From contig JANRKO010000033.1 of assembly GCA_033763455.1 (NCBI GenBank), positions 1-64,000 of the forward strand: a DNA stretch of 64,000 nt, written 5' to 3'. Origin of the DNA: Polyangiaceae bacterium. GTDB taxonomy: Bacteria; Myxococcota_A; Polyangia; Polyangiales; Polyangiaceae. This document shows positions 9,326 through 17,900 of this stretch, piece after piece. Position 1 is the first letter of the stretch; each line of letters opens with the position of its first letter. The translations under genes were made by a program, and so were the position numbers. A model generated the notes under the pieces. The model searched no databases. It was not told the origin of the DNA and saw nothing but the letters and a program-made list of their open reading frames with translations.

Positions 9326-9694
9326 ATCCGCGGACAGGGATTCGCTCGCGCAGCGAGCATCAACGATGCGAGCCAGCGACCGACAGCCCTCCCTCGTCGC
9401 GACGCTCCGCCGAAGGCGGAGCTAGCGGAGAGGGAGGGATTCGAACCCTCTGAACGGCATTGGCAAAACCTTCAATCGGCACGCGACCTTGCGAGCCAAT
9501 GCCTGGAAATAATAGGGCGAAATCGAGTAACAGGCCCTCTCCGCTGATCCCCGTGAGTCGATGTGAATCGACTACGGTTGGGCCACGTACCGTGCGTCGC
9601 AAAACAGGCCGATTCGTGCTCCAAAGGCCCCTCGCCCTAGGTGGATCGATTCCTAATGCATGTTCTTGGATCGGTTTTCTGATGCCTGCGCTCA
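9326..9694. repeat. Direct repeat block copy 1 (structured spacer + att core + arm + transposon end); copy 2 at 12843-13314
   Basis: Identical from ATCCGCGGACAGGG to AACCCTCTGAACG, then diverged; copy 1 lacks about 13101-13207 of copy 2. Confidence 0.92.
9424..9450 (-). other. att core: duplicated 3' end of tRNA-Ser(GGA)
   Basis: AGCGGAGAGGGAGGGATTCGAACCCTC, identical to 28161-28187. Confidence 0.93.
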
Positions 9695-10126
9695 CTTGCC
9701 CCTCATCGAGGGATCCTAGCCCCGCGCAATTCAGGCCAAGGCAAACGAGGCTCCCGTAAGGGTCCAGGCCCCTTGGAACGAAGTAAGCTCGGTACACGCT
9801 CGGTCCATCGACGTACCCCAACGGATCCCGCCCCACAAACCTCCCCAACTCCGCATCCTGATACCGCGCCCGCAAATACGTTAACCCGTCTCACCATCGT
9901 GATACCTCCCAGTGAACCCCACCTGGTTCCCCACACCAGTCGCAGTTAACGTCACGCCACTTGGCGAAACCACACGCCGCTTCCCATACGGTGTGTATCC
10001 GTAACGCTCGACAAGCTGACCGCTGGAATTCGTCATCGCCATCACGTGATAGATGCGGTTCTGATGATAGTACTGCGTCCCGCTAGACGTCACCATGGCC
10101 AACGGCTAATCGATGTAAGTCCCGTA
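9695..10126 (-). pseudogene. Orphan Rhs core fragment
   Basis: YGTYID*PLAM..YYHQNRIY..ERYGYTPYG..GFTGRYHDGETG / RARYQDAELGRFVGRDPLGYVDGPSVYRAYFVPRGLDPYG; in-frame TAG at 10106-10108, frameshift near 9885, tip cut off by a transposon end at 9694. Confidence 0.92.
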
Positions 10127-10513
10127 TTTTGGTGCTCCTCGAAAGGGCGCGCGCAGTGAGTCCGGCCGTGCTCGCTAGCTCCGCGCGGCCGAGCCCCTCT
10201 TCGCCGGGCTTCGCGCGCTGGTAACTTGTAGCGCCGTACGGAGGGCGCGCTGCGCGCGGCGGAGAGGGCTGAACGGTGGGGGTGCGCTCGGTGCAAGGCC
10301 ATGCCGCCCCCGGAAATGCCTTGCCACAGGTGGGTCAATTCACGTCGACCGCTCAGTTTACGACCCGCTGGAGCTTGATTTGCCTTGGTTACGTGGGATT
10401 TGCGCCGGAATTATGTGACAGCAATTGTGTATTGGCTTGCGACGATAATCTGATGCTTAACAGCTTCCCTTCGTGCAGGCGGTCTGTAGCAGGCTTACTT
10501 CCAACTGATCGGA

Positions 10514-11245
10514 TCAGCTCGAGTAACTCCGAAATAAGAAACGCCACACGGCTCTGATGACCAGAATAACACCGACGCCCTTCGCGAGAAGATATGCTAC
10601 ATCTGCGAGATTAAACACTCCCAAGCCGAATAGGTACGAAACCGGACTGGAATAGATGTAGTCGATCCCAGCGTACGGTGGAACGACATAGTCAATAAGA
10701 TTGCTGGTACCGCAGGCCATAAAAAGGCACGCTACAAGTCGCCACGTGCTCCTGTGCAACGTGAGAAGCCACCACGCGGTCACATACACGGCAAGCGAGC
10801 TGGCTCGCTGCGCGGCAATCACAGTCTTCAAGTGTTCCGCTGATAGAACATCTGTGACGTCAAGAGACATCACCATCCCAACGACCGGAATTCCGATCAC
10901 GACACCGACCACGGTTCCCCAAAGCAAGGGCCACTGCCGGCGATGAAATAACACGAGCGTCGAGGCAAAGAGAAGGTTGAACGCTACGCTCCCACTCATC
11001 CACGACATCCCTTGAGCTCCCGAGGGCAGGTGCTCTTGGGCCTCTGATCCCATTCCGGATAGGTTCAGGCGCAGCACGAGCTGGAACAGGGAACCCGAGT
11101 CAACGGGTTCGTCCTGCCGCAATATCAACAGCGCCGCTCTCTTGAAGAGCTGATCCAATGCCACAAACCCCGCTAGGACCTGAATCACTTTGATGTGCGG
11201 CCGACGCGCTCTCTCCTCTATGACGCTCCTCCACAACCCGGCCAC
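10514..11245 (-). CDS. Divergent signal peptidase II (LspA-like) membrane aspartic protease
   Basis: LDQLFK, N.SG, GTSNLID, IDYI and GVFNLAD motifs; longer than typical LspA, with extra TM segments. Confidence 0.75.
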   Translation of the reverse strand: MAGLWRSVIEERARRPHIKVIQVLAGFVALDQLFKRAALLILRQDEPVDSGSLFQLVLRLNLSGMGSEAQEHLPSGAQGMSWMSGSVAFNLLFASTLVLFHRRQWPLLWGTVVGVVIGIPVVGMVMSLDVTDVLSAEHLKTVIAAQRASSLAVYVTAWWLLTLHRSTWRLVACLFMACGTSNLIDYVVPPYAGIDYIYSSPVSYLFGLGVFNLADVAYLLAKGVGVILVIRAVWRFLFRSYSS

Positions 11246-11623
11246 GCTTCATCCCACCGGACGCGGTGCCGTCGAGACGTGGTGGCGTCGGGGCACTTGG
11301 CCTACATTCCCCACGTAGTAACTCATTCGAAGCCCGGCGCATGCTTCACGTCGCAGAGCAGATTCTTGCAAAGCCTTTGACACCGTCCTGCGCATCATCT
11401 TCCTTCAGTTTTGGCCGAAGTGAAATCGATACCCTCCCGGACTTCTAGAACGGCGTGAGCCCGCGTTCGTGCGCGGCGGTTTCGCACGAGAATGACAACC
11501 ACCGTGAGGATCCCAGCGGGCCAGCCTGTCGAATAGTATTTCGCCAATTTGGCAAACGCGCGTCCTCGACCGCCCAGATCATGGGGAAAATGCGAGCGGC
11601 ATACCCTTAGCATGCTGCTGTGC

Positions 11624-12283
11624 ATGGTTAGGGTTACTGCTCGTGCACTTTGTAGGATGGCAGTCGGGTGGTTGGTTGCCAATGCTCTTGCCTCAGCAGC
11701 GTGGGCTCGCGGGTGTACGCATGAGCAATTCCCTGTAATTGCCCCTACCCCTACCCTTTCAGTCGAGAGGCGAACCGCACCTGCCCGGGGTCAAAATGGC
11801 CCCCCAGTCCGTGGTGCAGAAGCTGTCGCACGGGTGTTTGAAGGCAGTGATGGGCTCGCGCACGGCCCCGAGGGGGAGTGCCATGGAAACACTAAACCGC
11901 AAATGGGCGAGCCAGCTGATGGAACCCCATACGACATCTGTGTACTCCGTCAGAGCGTGAGCCGGATGTCGAACGGAAGGTTTCGTGTGAAAACCGCTCT
12001 GGTGGATGCCTTGCTGGAAGCACTGACTGAAATGCTTCGAGTTCATCGCCTATACCAAGAACAGCGCGGATTGGTGTTGCCCGCCGATCTAGACCGAAAC
12101 CTTATTGAGCTCGTGGGTCTAGAAGTGGGTGATCGGGTTACGGCAATCAATGGCGTTGAGCTCGTGAATGCCGAAGCGGTGCTACGGGCGTACAACGAAA
12201 GTCGAGGTAGGAGTGTCATCTTCCTAGACTTGGTCCGAGCGCACAAATGGGTGCGCTTAGAGTACGAGCTGGTGAAAGGTTGA
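11624..12283 (+). CDS. Secreted PDZ-domain protein resembling the C-terminus of T2SS GspC (start uncertain)
   Basis: Signal-like N-terminus; LVGLEVGDRVTAINGVELVNAEAVLRAY..LDLVR..LEYEL. Confidence 0.65.
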   Translation: MVRVTARALCRMAVGWLVANALASAAWARGCTHEQFPVIAPTPTLSVERRTAPARGQNGPPVRGAEAVARVFEGSDGLAHGPEGECHGNTKPQMGEPADGTPYDICVLRQSVSRMSNGRFRVKTALVDALLEALTEMLRVHRLYQEQRGLVLPADLDRNLIELVGLEVGDRVTAINGVELVNAEAVLRAYNESRGRSVIFLDLVRAHKWVRLEYELVKG

Positions 12284-12345
12284 AAGCGCGTGACTTGCTC
12301 AACGAACAGCCCGGAAGTAAGTCAGTCCCGTTTCACCATCATTGG

Positions 12346-12416
12346 CTCACGAAGACGCTTCGGAACATGCACGTGGCCCCCAAGCGCCCTCCACGAAGCA
12401 ATTGCACGGCACGCCA
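12346..12416 (+). pseudogene. Integrase C-terminal remnant
   Basis: LTKTLRNMHVAP/SALHEAIA; aligns at DNA level with 28024-28083 (LTMTLRYMHLAPSALYEAIA) with one frameshift. Confidence 0.85.
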
Positions 12417-12812
12417 CCATCCGGGTGCTGCCTCAGCTTGTCACACAAAATGCCCTGACGTTCGGAAAGACATCAGCTCGTGGACTCGAAGGGCGCCACA
12501 CCTGCTATTTCCGGGACTCTAGGAATTGAGCCCGCAACCTCGGCTGGCGCCTCACTGATCCCGTGAATCGACGCGAGTCGACTCCAGTCGGGCATGGATG
12601 GGCAAGGGATGGACGTTGGCCGTATTGCACTCGGGGATGTCGGATCCTGCCCCAAATTGTCCCCCAAAACACGCTCGCGTTCGGAGAACCACCAGCGTGG
12701 GAACTCGCCAGGTGGCACGGCGTACGCCCCAACCGCGCTGCACTTGGATTCTAGCGGCGAGGTGTCGAAAGGATGTGGGCCATTCTCGTAGATATCCGGA
12801 ATGTGCAGCTCG

Positions 12813-12842
12813 GCACTTGGCCCCAAGCGCCCTCCACGAAGC
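12813..12842 (+). pseudogene. Second integrase C-terminal remnant
   Basis: GCACTTGGCCCCAAGCGCCCTCCACGAAGC (HLAPSALHEA) abutting the repeat block at 12843. Confidence 0.8.
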
Positions 12843-13314
12843 ATCCGCGGACAGGGATTCGCTCGCGCAGCGAGCATCAACGATGCGAGCCAGCGACCGA
12901 CAGCCCTCCCTCGTCGCGACGCTCCGCCGAAGGCGGAGCTAGCGGAGAGGGAGGGATTCGAACCCTCTGAACGACATTGGCAAAACCTTTAAGCGGTACG
13001 CGACCTTGCGAGCCAATGGACGGAAATAATCGGGTTAAATTGAGTAAAGGGCCCTCTCCGCTGATCCCCGTGAGTCGACGTGAATCGACTACGGTTGGGC
13101 AACGGATGGGCAATGGATGGGCAACAGTATTCTAGGCACGCAGACCATGTCGGAAAACATGACGCCCTTCAGGCCATGCTTCAACGCTGCCCCATAGTCT
13201 TGGTTTTGTACCGCGCGTCGCAGAACAGGCCTGTTCCTGCTCCAAAAGCTCCCCGGCTTAGGTGGATCAATTCCTGATGCATGTTTTTGGATCAGTTTCT
13301 GATGCCTGCTCTCA
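12843..13314. repeat. Direct repeat block copy 2
   Basis: See 9326-9694. Confidence 0.92.
12941..12967 (-). other. att core (distal end of the intact element)
   Basis: 27-bp identity to 28161-28187. Confidence 0.93.
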
Positions 13315-13322
13315 TTTGGTAG

Positions 13323-13550
13323 CTAACAGCTCAGCTCGACCGCGTTGCTCTCGCCCACAACACTTTCACTGACGACGCGCTCGCCCTCATCGTGCGCTCC
13401 TCAGAAGGTGTGCTCCGCGCTGCTCGAAACTTGTGCGTGGCTTCGCTCTTGGAGGCCGTGCGCGATCGCACCAAGACCGTCGACTTGAAGCAGGTCAACC
13501 GTGTCCTCCTGCAGCCACATTGGCGCAGGGATCTGGACTCGATTTTCTAG
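13323..13550 (+). pseudogene. C-terminal remnant of an ExeA-like transposition helper ATPase
   Basis: Manual translation LTAQLDRVALAHNTFTDDALALIVRSSEGVLRAARNLCVASLLEAVRDRTKTVDLKQVNRVLLQPHWRRDLDSIF*. Confidence 0.75.
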
Positions 13551-13578
13551 ACTACGCACCACGTCGGAAGACAGGAAG

Positions 13579-13625
13579 CCCTGCGGGCGCAGCCTTATTG
13601 CTGCCCCGCGGGGTGTTTTCGTTTT
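13579..13625 (+). terminator. Probable intrinsic terminator after the ExeA remnant
   Basis: CCCTGCGGGCGCAGC/GCTGCCCCGCGGGG stem followed by TGTTTTCGTTTT. Confidence 0.5.
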
Positions 13626-14007
13626 GTGCGGAGCGTCGTAAAAGCACACGCACGCGCCTCATGCCATCTTGCACGGCACGTCGTAGTGCAACGCTGAGTC
13701 TACGATATGCTTGGACCTGATTTGCGATGGCTACGCGGGATTTCCGACGGAATCATGCGACCGCAATTGTGTATTGCCTTACGATGGTATTTGGGCAACT
13801 AACATATAGCGTTGATTTGTTTAAGCCATTTCGCGCCGCAAACGTCGCCACCGACTGCCCGCTGGCTCGCCACTTCGCAAGCCACGCCTGCCTCTCTGCT
13901 TCCGCGTACTTTTGATGCTTTGCCATTCGCCACGCTTACCGCTGTTTGGCAGCGTGGTACGGCAGGTGGCCTGTAAGGGGCTTACGAATAGACGTAGTCG
14001 ATTCCAG

Positions 14008-14094
14008 CGGATCAACTCCTGATGCATGTCTTTGGATCAGTTTCGGATGCCTGCTCTGAGGACCAATTCTCAATGCCTCTGATGCCTGCTCTCA
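14008..14094. mobile_element. Transposon terminal sequence with internal repeats (related ends finish at 9694 and 13314)
   Basis: Repeated GGATCA..(C)TGATGC units ending TGATGCCTGCTCTCA (TG...CA-type terminus of DDE elements). Confidence 0.65.
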
Positions 14095-14127
14095 CTCCGT
14101 TCCAAGTCAACGATTTGAAAGTTCATC

Positions 14128-14934
14128 CTACGACCGCACACATACACAATGCACTTCCTTCGCGCCCGGCATTTCCCGACGAATCCCAATGAGGCCAAGG
14201 GTGATCACTACTGCTCCCGACGAGGCGTACACTGCCCAGTGGCGCTCACCCGCTATCAAGATCAAGGCCGCATTGAAGGCCACATGCGCGAGGATACCTG
14301 GCCAGAGGGAGCCCGTTTGGACTCGCACCCAGCCCGAGATGAGCCCCAGGACGAGGCTTTGAAGGACCTGGTAAGGGTTGAGATGTAGTCCTGCGAATGC
14401 CAGAGCGGATATTAGAACAGACTTTCTGGTTGAGTACCGCCTTAAGAGGCCCCCCAAGACCGCCCCCCTCATCAAGAGCTCCTCTGTGAAAGGCGCCAAA
14501 ACCAGCATGGAGAAAAGCAATACAGAAGCTGAGGCTCTCACCTCGCCTCTCACTGGGTTGGGCTCAGGAGGCAAAACCGCAATTCGCAACGCCGCCGTAA
14601 GCAGCGCGAGTCCCATCGCTGAAACCAACAGCGGCAAGTAGGACCGTGCTTTACAACTGCTCAACGGGACAAGGGACCGCCACCTTTGCCGAGTCCAATA
14701 CCGAACGACGACGAGCCCCGCGGCGACGGATAGCGTCATGGCGAGTTCGTCGGCTACAGCGACGACGAGCGGGATCGAGGCGAGACTAAGTTCCCGTAGC
14801 GTAAGCCGGAACAGACTTCCGAGTGCGATTCCCAAGACGAGGACAGTCAAGAGAACGCCGAACATGCTCGTCACGCTTAAGCCTCGTACGGAAGGTGCCG
14901 AGTCGGTAGTTTCCTGACGGATACGATCACCCAA
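14128..14934 (-). CDS. CPBP (CAAX/Abi) family intramembrane metalloprotease; candidate Rhs immunity protein
   Basis: EELLMR, FAGLH and ILAHVAFN motifs; multiple TM helices; 29 nt downstream of the Rhs stop. Confidence 0.9.
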   Translation of the reverse strand: MGDRIRQETTDSAPSVRGLSVTSMFGVLLTVLVLGIALGSLFRLTLRELSLASIPLVVAVADELAMTLSVAAGLVVVRYWTRQRWRSLVPLSSCKARSYLPLLVSAMGLALLTAALRIAVLPPEPNPVRGEVRASASVLLFSMLVLAPFTEELLMRGAVLGGLLRRYSTRKSVLISALAFAGLHLNPYQVLQSLVLGLISGWVRVQTGSLWPGILAHVAFNAALILIAGERHWAVYASSGAVVITLGLIGIRREMPGAKEVHCVCVRS

Positions 14935-14963
14935 GTGCCTGACCTTGTGCCGCCAACCTCACT

Positions 14964-17900
14964 CTACTTGGAATAACCTTCCGGGCACTTCGCAGAGCAA
15001 CCGGCCCATCCTGACTCGTAAACCACTTGCCACTTTCCCGTAGCGCAGTCCTTCTGCACAACCTGGGATTCTGTACCCTCAACCAGAACGTTGAGCTCTG
15101 GTGGGCACTTCGGGTCTCGGTAGCCCTTCGGAATTGGAGAGCACCAGATTGAACACTTTCGCAGCTGGGTTTCTTGTACACGAGGTTGATTGCGAGAACA
15201 CTCATCGACAGGGAAAGCGTTGTCAAGCTGTCTATTGTACCACCATCGCGCTGTCCACTCGCCCACTTGCACGGCTCGCCGTTTGAGCCATTCGGTGAAG
15301 TCGAACTCCTCCTGGCCCGTTGGGTCCACACCTTGCGGCACAAAGTAGTTCGCATAGGTTGACGGGCCATCCACTTTGCCCAACGGATCCCGCCCCACAA
15401 ACCTCCCCAGCTCCGCATCCTGATATCGCGCCCGGAAGTACGTCAGCCCAGTTTCACCATCATGGTACCGTCCTGTAAACCCCACCTGATTCCCAAGAGC
15501 ACTCGCAGCTAATGTCGTGCCCCCTGGCGAAACCACACGCCGCTTCCCGTACGGCGTGTACCCGTAACGTTCGGCAAGCTGCCCCGAGGAATTCGTCATC
15601 GCCATCACGGAGTAAATCCGGTTCTGATGATAGTAGAGCGTCCCACTCGACGTCATCATCGCCAGCGGCTCGTCGATGTAAGTGCCGTAAATGTAACGAC
15701 GTTTCAGCGTCGACCCCTCGTATTCCGCGACCACTTGGTCCCCATCATGCACGAAAGTGGTCGTCACGCCGCCCGTTGTCTTTTGTAACCTACGCCCCAG
15801 GGCGTCGTACTTGTACGACGCTGCGGCGAGTCCCGGCGTGGAAGAGCCCCCACCACTGCCCACCGGCGTCACCTCGATGAACATCAGTTTCGTGTTGTAA
15901 CAATCAGTGCCTGGGGATAGCGTTAGCTTGCCATCCGTGATCGTCACCGTGCGCGTGACATCGTCAAAGTCACCGAAGGCATCCACTTCTTGATCATCGT
16001 CGTAGGGATCCAGATCCGTGTAGGCGACGCCCTCTATCTTGATGTTGTTGGTTTGATCCTGAAAGCTAGGATCGCCCATCACCAGACGCACTGTGTATTG
16101 GCCGTTCGGAAGTGCCAGGTCCCAGTTCGCGGCGGGCACTTGATTCAGGCGCTTCATGTGCACGAGGGTGTCGTACCGCTGATCTGAGTTGGCGTTGCGC
16201 TCGCGGGTGTCGGTGGTGCGATCGAGGGACCAACCGTACGTCTGACCGTTGCCTCGGCTCCCGTACAGCTGGCCGGCGTCCACCAGGTAACCGCTTGGCA
16301 CCTGGGCTGCGGCAGGTTGGAAGTTGATCTTGATCGGCGCTGGTGCCGCGCTAGGAGGTGCTCCGGCTCCGGCCAGGCGATTCTCGAAGTCCCAGGTGAG
16401 GGCTTGGCCGGCTTCGGTGCCGTTCAGGTTGCCTTTCGGATCATGGGTAAAATTCACCGTGGGCTGGGCCTGTTTGGTGAGGCTCACGATTTCGTGGACG
16501 GGGTTGTGCGTGCGGGTTTCGAGGGCACCATCCCGCGTGGTGCTCTGCCAATCGCCCACGAGCGATAGATTCCAGGATTGAGTTTGGGCTGGTGTGCTCA
16601 CCGGGCCACGCTTCCAATCCAAAAGCCGGTTCTCAGCATCGTAGCCGTACGTCAGCGCCTCTGGTGGCAGGAGCGGATTGGATTCTTGAGTGACCCGTTT
16701 GTTGCGATCATAGGTGTAGGTCAACTGGTTGATACCGGTCGTGGTGATGCTAGCCACCAGGTTGTCAGTTCGATACGCGCGGTCTTCGAGCAAGCTGTTG
16801 CCGAAGGTGGTACGCGTAAGGCGCATCCCGGCATCGTAGCTACGAGAGGCGATCAGTGAGGTGCCCAGCTTCGTGCTGGCGAGTTGGTTGCGATCCGTGT
16901 ACGTGCGGTTCACCTGCGAGCCGTCGGGATAGGTGAGCTGCGTGTTTCGGTTAGACGCGTCGTAGCTGCGTTGCACCACACGGTCCACACCGTTCACTCG
17001 CTGAGTTTCCTGGGCCAGGGTGCCGTCATCGTTGTACACGCGGTTTACCTGCACATCATAGCGCGCACTGTTCGCGCTCAGCATGCGATCAGCTCGGTCA
17101 TAGGTGAACGTGTCGTTCAGGCCGTCCGGATACACGCGGCCAAGGAGGCGATTGGCGAGATCATAAGAAAACGTAGTAATATCGCGCTTTTGGTCATCGC
17201 GACTCGTCATTCTTCGGGCCGCATCGTACGAGTAGAGGCGCTGATCATAGTTCGTAGTGGCGTTGTGGCCTGGCATGCGCTCGGCCACGAGCAGGTTGCG
17301 CGAATTGTAGTCGTAAGCGGTAACACCCCCCTCGGCGTCCGTCATGCTCGTCAGGTTGTTGTTCGAATCGTAGGCGTAGCCGGTGACGCCGGCTACGCGA
17401 TCGCGGTCGCTCGCTTTGCGATTGCGTGCATCGAAGGTGACACTGCTCGCGCCAACGATGGAAACAGTGAAGGGGCTCTGACTTGAGCTCGGGTAAGCGC
17501 TTGGGCCGCCCAAGGCTGCAACCCCTAAAGCATCCACCGTTTGAACCACGTTTCCTTGAGCGTCATACAAAGTAAATCTGCTGTCGCCTTGAGTGTCGGT
17601 GCAGACTGTTTGACGATTGCGCGCGTCGAATGAACAATCTTGCCCGGTGAAGTTGGGGTCGCGCACTTTTACGACGTTGCCGTTGGCGTCAACCGAAAAT
17701 TCAGTCGCGCAGTCTTGGGCGTCGATGGTGCGTAGCGTGCGCCCCGCTCCGTCGGTATGCACAGAACGTCGATGATTCAAGGCATCGATAGTGGTCGTGA
17801 CCAATAGGCCATTGACCATCTGATCGTACAAAATCGCCTCGGAGATCTGGCCGTCTCCCAGAATGGTGGCAACCTTGCGTGCTGCACCATCGTACAACGT

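Larger units (their letters stand above)
9424..12967. mobile_element. Decayed integrative element(s), sister of the 12941-28187 element
   Basis: Bounded by identical att cores; contains an Rhs pseudogene and integrase C-terminal remnants near its right end. Confidence 0.75.

Noticed and set aside
9424..9450. Extra tRNA genes at 9424 and 12941
   Set aside because: Only the T arm and acceptor strands match; no D or anticodon arm, so treated as att sites or a possible mimic
13695..13802. Conserved small peptide in the segment shared with 10350-10450
   Set aside because: Substitutions fall on all codon positions and the other copy has stops; treated as non-coding
9695..15690. DGR template/variable repeat pair between the two Rhs cores
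   Set aside because: No reverse transcriptase; differences are not adenine-specific and look largely synonymous
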